Below, piece after piece: positions 38,106 through 51,031 of a stretch of DNA of 64,000 bases (the stretch's first letter is position 1; the number at the start of each line of letters is the position of its first letter). The position numbers and the translations under genes were made by a program. The stretch is taken from NCBI GenBank assembly GCA_038087875.1, contig JAXLNO010000680.1, positions 1 through 64,000 on the forward strand, in the 5' to 3' direction. The notes under the pieces were generated by a model. It made no database searches. It saw nothing but the letters and a program-made list of their open reading frames with translations, and was not told where the DNA came from. Origin of the DNA: Malacoraja senta. Taxonomy: Eukaryota.

Positions 38106-40382
38106 ATAGACAGCATCTCTGGAGAACGTGGACAGGTGACGGTTTGGATCGAGACCCTTTCTTCAGACATCCCAAAACGTCACCTATCAATGTTCTGCAC
38201 AGATGATGCCTGACCCGCTGAGTTACGGTGTGACAGAGTGATACAGTGTGGAAACAGGCAACTTGCCCACACCGGCCAACATGTCCCAGCTACACCAGTC
38301 CCACCTGCCAGCGCTTGGTCCATATCCCTCCAAACCTGTCCTATCCATGTACCTGTCTAACTGTTTCTTAAACGTTGGGATAGTCCCAGCCTCAACTACC
38401 TCCTCTGGCAGCTCGTTCCATACACCCACCACCCTTATGTGAAAAAATTACCCCTCAGATTCTTATTAAATCATTTCCCCTTCACCTTAAACCTATGTCC
38501 TCCGGTCCTCGATTCCCCTACTCTGGACAAGAGACTCTGTGCGTCTACCCGATCTATTCCTCTCATGATTTTGTACACCTCTATAAGATCACCCCTCATC
38601 CTCCTGCGCTCCAAGGAATAGAGACCCAGCCTGCTCAACCTCTCCCGTTAGTTCAGGCCCTCGAGTCCTGGCAACCCAAGTGAAAAAAAACGATGAAAGC
38701 AGCTGTTCACCAGAAATGGTGAGTGATCCTTGTTCAAGTGAAGAGGATCTCATTGAAAGTGTCAATTCACATTTCAGCATTTTTCTTCACAAGATAAACA
38801 TGGTTAGTTAAAAAGCCAGGATTGAAATATACAGTCAAACTTGATAATCCGTCATGCATGGGACTTTGGTGGCGACAGATGACCAATTTTCCTTGTTTTT
38901 TTAGAGATACAGCGCGGAAACAGGCCCTTCGGCCCACCTAGTCTGCACCGACAAGCAATCCCCGCACACTAGCACTAACCTACACACACTGGGGACAATT
39001 TACATTTACACCAAGTCAATTAACCTGCAAACCTGTACGTCTTTGGAGTGCGGGAGGAAACCGAAGATCTCGGAGAAAACCCACGCGGGTCACGAGGTGA
39101 ACGTGCAAACTCCGTACAGACAGCGCCCACGGTCAGGATCGAACCCGGGTCTCTGGCGCTGTGAGGCAGCAACTCTACCGCTGCGCCACCGTGCACTATA
39201 GTACATTGTCCAGTGGGCCTGGTGAGATTAAGGGGAGCAGATAATATATAAGCACTTGAGATCCTAGCTCCCCCCCACAAACCTACCTGAACATTGACTT
39301 CTCTAACTTCAAGTAACCCTTGCTTTCCCTCTCTCTCCATCCCTCCCCCACCCTAGTTCTCCGACCAGTCTGACTGTGTCCCCCTGAATATTCTGCCTCG
39401 TTGTCACCTTCCCCGCACCTAACAATGATCTGAGCTATATTTTCCTTGATCACCATCCCCTTTGATCTCTCGTTTTCACACCTTACCCTTCCACATCTCT
39501 CGTTTCCCTCTCCCCTAGACTCTCAGTCTGAAGAAGCTGGAGTAACTCAGCGGGGACAGGCAACATCGCTGGAGAAATGGAATGGGTGACGTTTCGGGTC
39601 TGGACCCTACTTCAGACTGAGAGTCGGGGGAGAGGGAAGCAAGAGATATAGTAGGTATGTTACAAAACTTACCTTCAGTCGCGCTGTAATTCTGCCACTG
39701 GCCGTGTGCGCGATTTTGGCGCCTTTAAGGGGGGGCGGAGTTAAAACGCGGGTTTCTCCTCCCTTGTCCAGGTTAATATTTTGTTGGAGTACAAGCCTTG
39801 GCAGACAAATCGTTCCTAGTGGCGATTTGTGAATTTTTTATTTTTATTAAATCATCAATGTCAGCGCTAGAGTAATTTTAAAATCAGCTCCTGAAGCGTC
39901 AACGCCGATAACGGGGACGGATTTCACACTGGGACTGGTAAACGAAAGTGGTTTCTTTAAATGTATAAAAGTGCTTCTTAAGAAGCCTTTAATTCACATT
40001 TTTCCATGCGACACGGTGATTTTATTCCCCGAATTAACGGCAGTATTTTTCATGCCAATACGGGGTTAAATTCACCGCAAATGAACGTTCCAAAAGATCG
40101 CGTTCCAGAAATCCTCACTCACAAGATGATTTAAATGCCCATTAATTTACAGGTATTAAACATTCAATTCCTTCCATTAGGTCTGTAAATTCATGAAAAT
40201 GAGATTTAAAAATTATGTTATATTGTGAATTATTGTGTGAATGTTATTTGGACACTTAGGCTATTTAAAAATGTTAATCTATTCTTAAGAAATTGATAGA
40301 TGTTTAGATCTAGTAATTGAATTTTGTAATTAGCTACAATTAGGTAACTAACTAATTATATGCTTTACTTTCATGTCTTCGA

Positions 40383-40582
40383 NNNNNNNNNNNNNNNNNN
40401 NNNNNNNNNNNNNNNNNNNNNNNNNNNNNNNNNNNNNNNNNNNNNNNNNNNNNNNNNNNNNNNNNNNNNNNNNNNNNNNNNNNNNNNNNNNNNNNNNNNN
40501 NNNNNNNNNNNNNNNNNNNNNNNNNNNNNNNNNNNNNNNNNNNNNNNNNNNNNNNNNNNNNNNNNNNNNNNNNNNNNNNNNN
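40383..40582. other. Assembly gap (200 N)
   Basis: Run of N; true size unknown. Confidence 1.
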
Positions 40583-41003
40583 AGAAGATTTCAACAAGGT
40601 TGGAACACAACATCAATACTCTAAAAGTCCCGTTTTTTTTTTGTTTAGAAATACAGCGCGGAAGGAAGCCCGTCGGCTCACCGAGTCCGCACCGACCAAC
40701 GGCCAGCTATCCTACACACACTAGGGACAATTTACAATTTTACCAAGCCAATTAACCTAGATACCTGCACGTCTATGGAGTGTGGGAGGAGACCTGAGAT
40801 GCCGGAGTAAACCCAGGCAGGTCACGGGGAAAACGTCCAAACTCCGTACAGACAGCGCCCGTAGTCAGGATGGAATCCGGGACTCCAGCGCTGTGAGGCG
40901 GCAACTGTGCCACTGTGCCACCGTGCCGCCCTATTTAGCAATGTCAACTGCAACCACAGTTTAAGATCAGGACCAATGGTGATCCCAACAACTTTCCATT
41001 GAC

Positions 41004-41607
41004 AACCTCGGCGGTGGAGGAGCCTCGGTGGCAAGAGGAGCCTCGGTGGCAAATGGAGCCTCGGTGGCAAGAGGAGGCTCGGCGGCAAGAGGAGCCTCGG
41101 TGGTGGTGGGGCCTCGGTGGCAAGAGGAGCCACGGTGGCAAGAGGAGCCTCGGTGATGGTGGGGCCTCGGTGGCAAGAGGAGCCACGGTGGCAAGAGGAG
41201 CCTCGGTGGTGGTGGGGCCTCGGTGGCAAGAGGAGCCTCGGTGGTGGTGGGGCCTCGGTGGCAAGAGGAGCCTCGGTGGTGGTGGGCCTCGGTGGCAAGA
41301 GGAGCCTCGGTGGTGGTGGGGCCTCGGTGGCAAGAGGAGCCTCGGTGGTGGTGGGGCCTCGGTGGCAAGAGGAGCCTCGGTGGTGGTGGGGCCTCGGTGG
41401 CAAGAGGAGCCTCGGTGGTGGTGGGGCCTCGGTGGCAAGAGGAGCCTCGGTGGTGGTGGGGCCTCGGTGGCAAGAGGAGCCTCGGTGGTGGTGGGGCCTC
41501 GGTGGCAAGAGGAGCCACGGTGGCAAGAGGAGCCTCGGTGGTGGTGGGGCCTCGGTGGCAAGAGGAGCCTCGGTGGCAAGAGGAGCCTTGGTGGTGGTGG
41601 GGCCTCG
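41004..41607. repeat. G-rich composite minisatellite (18-bp and 17-bp units)
   Basis: GCCTCGGTGGCAAGAGGA and GCCTCGGTGGTGGTGGG, mostly alternating as a 35-bp unit. Confidence 0.95.
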
Positions 41608-42044
41608 CGATCGACCTGGTGCAGGGAGAGGGGGGCACTCTAGTTTAGAATCCTCTGCCCAGGGGATAAGCCTGAGATCGTTTTTGTTTATTGGATCATT
41701 TGTTCCGGTGAAGGTGCTGTGCACACGGCAGCCGGCCAACAGATGCTGCCTGTCCCGCTGAGTTACTCCTGCTTTCTTCCCAATTACCTGACAAACCTCC
41801 CATTCACTGAGCAACAGCAAACCCATCGCTGTTCCATTGACCTGCAAGGTGAAATCCCAATTGACCTGACCACACTTGGATCTTAACATACATATATTTT
41901 CCCAGCATTTAATTTCTAACTATAACCTTAACTACAATATGATAAATGTACCATATCAAATCATGTATTCAAATGAACCTGCAGATGCTGGCTCAACATA
42001 ATGTGCTGGAGTCATTCAGCGAGTCAGGCATAATCTTTGGCTAA

Positions 42045-42505
42045 GATAGACACAAAAAGCTGCAGTAACTCAGCGGGACAGGCAGCATCTCCGGAGAGAA
42101 GGAATGGGTGATGTTTCGGGCTGAGACCCTTCTTCAGACTGGTCAGGGATAAGGGAAACGAGAGATATAGACGGTGGATGTGGAGAGATAAAGAACAATG
42201 AATGAAAGATGTGGAAAAAAGTAAGGATGATAAAGGAAACAGGCCATTGTCAGCTGTGTGCTGGGTGAGAACGAGAAGCTGGTGCGACTTGGGTGGGGGA
42301 GGGATGGAGAGAGAGGGAATGCCGGGGCTACCTGAAGTTAAAGAAATCAATATTCATACCGCTGGGGTGTAAGCTGCCCAAAGCGAAATATGAGGTGCTG
42401 TTCCTCCATTTTGCGTTTAGCCTCACTCTGACAGTGGAGGAGGCCCAGGACAGAAAGGTCAGTGTGGAATGGGAGGGGGAGTTGAAGTGTTTAGCAACCG
42501 GGAGT
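42045..42505 (-). mobile_element. Penelope-like element 3' fragment
   Basis: PVAKHFNSPSH...GSLHPSGMNIDFFNFR* plus terminal repeat. Confidence 0.75.
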
Positions 42506-43455
42506 AGACAAAAAATGTGGAGAAACTCAGCGGGTGAAGGCAGCATCTATGGAGAGAAGGAAAAGGCGAGGGTCCGGGTCGAGACCCTTCTTCACACTGG
42601 GAGATCAGGTAGGTTCAGGCAGGCTGAGCGAAGGTGAACAACCCTGCCTGGTAGTTTCTCTCAAGGAATCCCAACTGATTCTAATGCATTCAGGACACTC
42701 TCCATGGAGTGATTATTCGTTCATACGTGATAGAAGCACAATTAGGCCATTCGGCCCATCAAGTCTATTCCGCCATTCAATCATGGCTGATCTATCTCTC
42801 CCTCCTAACCCCATTCTCCTGCCTTCTCCCCATAACCCCTGACACCCGTACTCATCAAGAATCTATCTATCTCTGACTTGGCCTCCACAGCCTTCAGTGG
42901 CAAAGAATCCCACAGATTCACCACCCTCTGACTAAAGAAATTCCTCCTCATCTCCTTCTGAAAGGAAGGTCCTTTAATTCTGAGGCTGTGCCCTCTGGTC
43001 CTAGACTCTCCCACGAGTGGAAACATCCTCTCCACGTCCACTCTATCCAGGCCTTTCACTATTCGGTAAGTTTCAACGAGGTCATCCCTTCATCCTTCTA
43101 AACTCGGCAAGTACAGGCCCAGTGCTGCCAAACGAGGGACAGAGAGAGGGGGGAGATGCAGGGGTTACTTGAAGTTAGAGAAATCAGCACACAACTGGTA
43201 TGAATATTGATATCTCTGACTTTAAGTCACCTCGGCATTCCCTCTCCCTCCATCCCTCCCCCACCCAAGTCGTACCAGCTTCAAAGTCGCCTTGTTGAGT
43301 CTCATTGTCTGTAACTCGTTTTCACCTAGCCCACAGCTGACAATGGCCTGTTTCCCTTATCATCATTACTTTTTTGCATATCTTTCATTCATTTGTTCTA
43401 CATCTGCCAACATCACCGTCTATATCTCTCGTTTCCGTCTCCCCCGACCCCCAGT

Positions 43456-43483
43456 CTGAAGAAGGGTCTCGACCCGAAACGTC
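43456..43483 (+). ncRNA. Minimal hammerhead-ribozyme-like motif (canonical copy) in a Penelope terminal repeat
   Basis: CTGAAGA-A-GGGT(CTCG)ACCC-GAAA-CG-T-C: CUGAnGA box, stem II, GAAA box, palindromic ACGU stem III, UH site. Activity not shown. Confidence 0.65.
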
Positions 43484-43630
43484 ACCCATTCCTTCTCCCC
43501 AGAGACGCTGCCCGTCCCAGCCGAGTTACTCCGGCTTTTCGTGTCTATCTTGGGTTTAAACCAGCGTCTGCCGGTTCCTTCCTGCAGGCTCCCTGACGGG
43601 CGGGCAATGGGTGAGGTTTGGAGGCCTCAC

Positions 43631-43832
43631 CTTGCTGAGCTGAGGCAGGACCTCCCAGAGAAGGGAGTGGAGGGTGGAGAGCTCTCTGCCCAGGTCAATG
43701 TAGCCCTCGAAGCTGGCGGCGTTTGTCACCGTGTCGGGATTGGAGATCTCCATCAGGAACTGCTGCATGCTGCCCCACTCCAGCTCCAGAAACTCGTTCA
43801 TGAACGACATGTAGTCCTCCTTGCTCCCAAAC
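43631..43832 (-). CDS. SYNGAP1: SynGAP exon (exon 12 equivalent), 202 bp
   Basis: (K)[67 protein letters not shown]. Acceptor cccccttcAG, donor AAG|GTGAGG. Confidence 0.96.
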
Positions 43833-45039
43833 CTGAAGGGGGGGACGGGGGGAGGATAGAAAAATGCGGCACAATAACGGCATGTTGCTTCGGCTCACTT
43901 GCCACCTGTGTCTCAAACGTACGAAAACTCACCAGCATCTGCGAGCTTGCCTGTTGAATGACCCAGGGAGGAAGAACCGCAGTATTCACGTGGCGATAAG
44001 GTCATTCTGCAGAGGCTAGCTCAAACCTTCATTGCCTCGGAACACAAACTAATCATCCGTTTATAATCACCGCATCAGAGCACAACGGGTGTCAGGGGTT
44101 ACGGGCAGAAGGCAGGAGAATGGGGTTAGGAGGGAGAGATAGATCAGCCATGATTGAATGGTGGAGTAGACTTGATGGGCCGAACGGCCTAATTCTGCTC
44201 CGAGTGTACATTATGTACATATATATTTTTGAAAGTTATAGAAACATAGAAAATAGGTGCAGGAGGAGGTCATTCGGCCCTTCGAGCCAGCACCGCCATT
44301 CATTGTGATCATGGCTGATCGTCCCCAATCAATAACCCGTGCCTGCCTTCTCCCCATATCCCTTGATTCCACTAGCCCCTAGAGCTCTATCTAACTCTCT
44401 CTTAAATCCATCCAGTGATTTGGCCTCCACAGCCCTCTGTGGCAGGGAATTCCACAAATTCACAACTCCCTGGGTGAAAACGGTTTCATGGCCTCCCCTT
44501 TATTCTAAGACTGTGGCCCCTGGTTCTGGACTCGCCCAACATTGGGAACATTTTTCCTGCATCTAGCTTGTCCAGTCCTTTTATAATTTTATATGTTTCT
44601 ATAAGATCCCCCCCTCATCCTTCTAAACTCCAGTGAATATAAGCCTAGTCTTTTCAATCTTTCCTCATAAATACAATCCCGCCATCCCAGGGATCAATCT
44701 CGTGAACCTACGCTGCACTGCCTCAATCACAAGGATGTCCTTCCTCAAATTAGGAGACCAAAACTGTACACGTGTGGACAGGCTGGCCATTCTTCTCAAA
44801 GTGTGGAGATTTAAAGAATGCTCTTGGGGGAGAAGTATGAAAGAAGGCAGGATGGTGGCGCAGCAGTAGAGTTGCCACCTTACGGAGCCAGAGAGCCGGC
44901 TTCCTTCCCAACTGCGGGAGCTGTCTGTAGGGAGTTTGTACGTTCTCCCCGTGACCTGCATAAGTTTTCTCCGGGGTACACAGAAATGCTGGAGAAACTC
45001 AGCGGGTGCAGCAGCATCTATGGAGCGAAGGAAACAGGC

Positions 45040-45067
45040 AACGTTTCGGGCCGAAACCCTTCTTCAG
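45040..45067 (-). ncRNA. Minimal hammerhead-like motif, UUCG-loop variant
   Basis: Reverse complement CTGAAGAAGGGT(TTCG)GCCCGAAACGTT; the same variant occurs at 50247-50274. Confidence 0.6.
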
Positions 45068-45266
45068 TTTTCTCCGGGTGCCCGGTCTCCTCCCGCACTC
45101 CAAAGTCGTGCAGGTTTGTTGGGTAATTGGTTTCGGCAAAGGATGTAAATTGTGTGGGGGTCGTGCTCGTGTACGGGCTGGTGGCTGGTCGGGGCGATCG
45201 CCAGTCTGCACAGAGCTGTTGGGCCGAAGGGCCTGTTTCTGTACTGTGTCTTTTAAACACACCACC

Positions 45267-45285
45267 CTGCCACCAGAGGGCGCAG
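45267..45285 (+). promoter_or_regulatory. Candidate CTCF site
   Basis: CTGCCACCAGAGGGCGCAG, a near-consensus core in non-repeat sequence. Confidence 0.5.
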
Positions 45286-48200
45286 GTTCAGAGTAAATGA
45301 TTATTAAGTCAAAAACGATGCAGGAAAATGATTGATTCAGCCAAGTGTCTGGACACGGAAGGTGTGGAGCGATTGAAATAGGTGACTGAGGATCTGCTTC
45401 TGTGGCTGGAACGCAAATGGTCGCCTGGGCTGGCCGCCATCTTGGAAGCGATCTCGGAGGAGAACAAAGATGGGTGACGTTTTCGGGTCGAGACCCGAAG
45501 GAGGTCGGAGGAAGGGTCTCGACCCGAATCGTCACCCATTCCTCCTCTCCAGAGATCATAGGGTCATTAGGTTGCGTTATAGGAGCAGAATTAGGCCATT
45601 CGGCTCATCAGGTCTAATTCGCCATTCAATCACGGCTGATCTATCTCTCCCTCCTAACCCCATTCTCCTGCCTTCTCCCCGTAACCCCTGACACCCGTAC
45701 TAATCAACAATCTATCTATCTCTGCCTTAAAAATATCAATTGACTTGGCCTCCACAGCCTTCTGTGGCAAAGAATTCCCACAGATTAAAGAAATTCTCCT
45801 TGTCAAAGGAATGTCCTCTAATTCTGAGACTGTGCCCTCTGGTCCTAGTCTCTCCCACCAGTGGAAACATCCTCTCCACATCCACTCTATCCAGGCCTTT
45901 CACTATTCACTCATCCTTCTAAACTCCAGCGAGTACAGGCCCAGTGCCGACAAACGCTCATCGTAGGTTAACCCACTCATTCCTGGGATCATGCTTGTAA
46001 ACCTCCTCTGGACCCTCTCCAGAGCCGGCACAATCCTTCCTCAGATATGGGGCCCAAAGTTCCCTCACAATGCTCCAAATGCAGCCTGACCAGCGCCTTA
46101 TACAGCCTCAGCATTACGTCCCACATGTAAACCCACATAGATGCTGCCTGTCCTGCAATATGTTGTGGTGCAGGACTGCCAGCCCACTTCCAGGAGAAAT
46201 GGAGCATGGAAGAGGGATTGGTTGGGTGTCCGTGGAAGGCTTCACACCGCTCGATCACCTGAAAGTGAACCTGAAAATGGTGAAAAACACTCAGCGCGGT
46301 CAGGTAGCATCCGTGGAGAGAGAGAAACTGAATTAACTTTCCAGCTCAAAACTTTCCAGCTCAGAGAACTTCGGAGACCAGGTTCATGAAACCGTGACGA
46401 TTTAGTTCAGATCAGTTTCGAGATACAGCGCGGAAACAGGCCCTTCGGCCCCACCCAGTCCCCGGCTACTAGCGATCCCCGCACACTAACTCTACCCTAC
46501 CCTACACACACACACGAGGGACAATTTACAATTTTTACTGAAGCCAATTGCCTACAACCTGTACGTCTTTGGGAGTGTGGGGGAAACCGGAGCACCCGGG
46601 TAAATCCCACGCGGGTCACGGGGAGAAGGTACAAACTCCGTACAGGCACCACCCGTGGTCAGGATCGATCCCGGCCTCTGGCGCTATGAGGCAGCAACAT
46701 TTGCTCCAGGGAAGGATTCGACTCAGGTGAGACACACCTGCATCAAGGTGGCGTGACATTGAACAGTGGAAGGCCTGGATATGGTGGATGTGGAGAGGAT
46801 GTTTCCACTAGTGGGAGAGTCCAGGACCAGAGGTCACAGCCTCACAATCAGGTGACGTTTCGGGTGGAGACCCTTCTTTAGACATTCAGGAGGAATGTCT
46901 TTAGTCAGAGGCGGATGATTCTGTGGAATTAATTGTCGCAGACAAATATAGATACATAGATACATAGAAAATAGGTGCAGGAGTAGGCCATTCGGCCCTT
47001 CGAGCCTGCACCGCCATTCAATATGATCATGGACGCCAAGTCGGTGGATATTTTTTTAAGGCAGAGGTAGATTCTTGATTAGTGTCAGGGGTTATGGGGA
47101 GAAGGCAGGAAAATGGGGTTAGGAGGGAGAGATAGATCAGCCATGAATGAATGGGGGAGTAGACTTGATGGGCCGAATGGCCTAATTCTGCTCCGATCAT
47201 GCATGAACTATGAAATGGAGTACATTGAATGACGTATATTATTTATGTAAACTCAACAACAAACGGATTAACTGAAAGTTCAGGCCAGTCTAGATAGATC
47301 AAATGTGTAGGAAGGAACTGCAGATGCTGGTTTAAATCGAAGATAGACACAAGATGCTGGAGTAACTCAGCGGGACAGGCAGCATCTCTGGAGAGAAGGA
47401 ACGGGTAACATTTTGGTCAAGTCTGAAGAAGGGTCTCGACCCGAAAGGTCACCCATTCCTTCTCTCCAGAGATGCTGCCTGTCCCGCTGAGTTACTCCAG
47501 CATCTTGAGCCGATACCAACTATAAAGGCAGCCATTTAATTTAGTTTTGATACAGCGCAGAAACAGGCTCTTCGGCCCACTGCGTCCGCGACCAGCGACC
47601 ACTCACACTAACACTATCCTACACACACACTAGGCACAACTTATACATTCACCAAGCCAATTAACCTACAAACCTCTACGTCTTTGGAGTGTGGGAGGAA
47701 ACCGAAGATCTCGGAGAAAACCCACGCAGGTCACGGGGAGAACGTGCAAACTCCGTACAGACAGCACCCGTAGTCGGGATCGAACCCGGGTCTTCAGCAC
47801 TGCAAGCGCTGTAAGGAGGCAACTCAACCGCTGCGCCACCGGGCCGCCCATTTGTAACTAAATTTCACACTAATCCTATTTTATTCTCCAATTAATTTCT
47901 ATCTGTGGAACTCTCTGCCACAGAGGGTAGTCGAGGCCAGTTCATTGGCTATATTTAAGAGGGAGTTAGATGTGGCCCTTGTGGCTAAAGTGATCAGGGG
48001 GTATGGAGAGAAGGCAGGTACGGGATACTGAGTTGGATGATCAGCCATGATCATATTGAATGGCGGTGCAGGCTCGAAGGGCCGAATGGCCTACTCCTGC
48101 ACCTACTTTCTATGTTTCTATGTTTCTATCAACACCCCTCCCCAATTCCAACACAATCAGGCATTCACAGTCCATTAACTCACCGACCCACATGTCAGTG

Positions 48201-49283
48201 ATATGGTCATTGAGCCATACAGCGTGGAAACAGGCCCTTCAAACTTGCCCACGACGACCAACATGCCCCATCTACACTAGTCCCACCTGCCTGTGCTTGG
48301 CCCATATCCCTCTTATCCTATCCATTTACCTGTCCAAATGTTTCTTAGACATTACGCCTCAACTACCTGCTCTGCCAACTCGTTCCATACACCCACCACC
48401 CTTTGTGTAAAATAGTTACCCCTCAGGTCCCTATTAAATCTCTCCCCCATCCCCCCCACACACCAACTCCATCAAATCTTGCATATGGTCAAACATCAAT
48501 GTTAGTGGGCTCCCTGAAACACATCCCTCTTGGAAATACAGCTATACCGCATCAAGACCATCAAGTCCACAAGTTATAGGAGTAGAATTAGGCCATTCGG
48601 CCCATCGAGTCTGAAAGAATGAATGAATGAGTTTATTGGCCAAGTATTCACATACAAGGAATTTGCCTTGGTGCTCCGCCCACAAGTGACAACATGACAT
48701 ACAGTGACAGTTAAGAATGACACATAAAACATTAAACATTAATAATAAAACATTATTGATTAAACATGTGAATTAAATAAAATACCAGATCAAGGGGAGG
48801 CTACAGATTTTTGGCTGTTGAGTAGAGCAACTACTCGTGGATAAAAAATGTTTTTATGTCTGGCTGTGGCAGCTTTGACAGTCCGGAGTCGCCTTCCAGA
48901 GGGAAGTGATTCAAAGAGTTTGTGGCCAGGGTGAGAGGGGTCAGAGATGATCTTGCCCGCTCGCCTCCTGGCCCTTGCAGTGTCTACTCCACAATTCAAT
49001 CATGGCTGATCTCTGCCTCCTAATCCTATCTTCCTGCCTTCTCCCCATAACCCTTGACACCCGTTCTAATCAGAACCAAGACCACTTCATCATGTCTACT
49101 ACCCCTGATATTCTTCCAGCATCACTACCGGTGCAGGCTCACCATTAAGACTCCTGTACCTATCCCCGACACTTCCATGTACTAATGTGTAGGAAGGAAC
49201 TGCAGATGCAGTTTTACATCACACAAAAAAGACACAACATGCTGGAGTAACTCAGCGGGACAGGCAGCATCTCTGGAGAGTTA

Positions 49284-49511
49284 AGGGCCTGTCCCCACTT
49301 AGGCGACTCTTTAGGTGACTGCCAGGGAATAGTTTTAATGGAATTCACCTACGACACCTGGCGAAAACCTACGACAACACCTACGTCAACCTGCGACAAC
49401 CTACGACAGCAAAAATTGTTGCCGCTGTCGGCGAAATAATTTCAACATGTTGAAACTTTTGCGGCAGTCGCCTGTAGTCGCCCAAAAAATCGCCTAAGTG
49501 GGACAGACCCA
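49284..49511. mobile_element. PIF/Harbinger MITE, same family as 14262
   Basis: TIRs AGGGCCTGTCCCCACTTAGG ... CCTAAGTGGGACAGACCCA; internal sequence similar to 14262-14468. Confidence 0.8.
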
Positions 49512-50596
49512 TAACTCTTCAATAGGAATCTGAGGGGTAACTTTTTCACACAAAGGGTGGTGGGTGTATGCAACGAGCTGCCAGAGGAGGTAGTTGAGGC
49601 TGGGACTATCCCAATGTTTAAGAAACAGTTAGACTGGTACATGGATAGGACAGGTTTAGAGGGATATGGACCAAGCGCAGGCAGGTGGGACCGGTGTAGC
49701 TGGGACATGTTGGGTGGCGTGGGCAAGTTGGGCCAGAGGGCCTGTTTCCTTGCTGTATCACTCTGTGGCTGTGTGTTCTAAGGTGTAGGAAGTAACTGCA
49801 GATGCTGGTTTACACCGAAGATAGATGCAAAGTGCTGGAGTAACTCAGCGGGACAGGCAGCATCTCTGGAGAGAAGGAATGGGCAACATTTGATCCCCAC
49901 CCACTTTGATGCCTTTTCACACCTTGCACTCCCTTATCTCTGTGTCTCCCTCTCCCCTGATTCTCAGTCTGAAGAAGGGTCTCGACCTGAAAGGTCACCC
50001 ATTCCTTCTCTCCAGAGACGCTGCCTGTCCCGCTGAGTTACTCCAGCATTTTGAGCCGATACCAACTATAAAGCAGCCATTTAATTTAGTTTTAGATACA
50101 GCGCAGAAACAGGCCCTTGGGCCCACTGCGTCCGCGTTTCGGGTCGAGACCCTTCTTCAGACTGGTGCTAATACGCTTCCAGCTTCCAGCGGGTGGCATG
50201 GTGGCGCAGCGGGTGCAGCAGCAACTATGGAGCGAAGGAAATAGGCAACGTTTCGGGCCGAAACCCTTCTTCAGACCGAAAAGATTCGGCCCAAAACGTT
50301 GCCTATTTCCTTCGCTCCATAGATGCTGCTGCACCCGCTGAGTTTCTCCAGCGCTTTTGTCTACCTTTGATTTTCCAGCATCTGCAGTTCCTTCTTAAAC
50401 AGGTTTGTAGGTTAATTGGCTTGGTATAAATTTAAATTGTCCTTAGTGTGTGTAGGATAGTGTTAGTGTGCGGGGATCGCTGGTCGGCGCGGATTCAGTG
50501 GGCGCTATATCTCTATATCTCTAAACTAAACTTGGGCCAGAGGCCACAGTAGGCGGGCACTCGCGGGCGGACCCAGACTTTCTCTGGAAGCACTTA

Positions 50597-51031
<435 letters not shown>

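Noticed and set aside
40352..40755. ORFs containing X runs
   Set aside because: They span the N gap.
40822..41889. 355-aa Pro/Thr-rich mucin-like ORF
   Set aside because: Open in most frames because the minisatellite has no stop codons; flanked by repeats, with no splice support.
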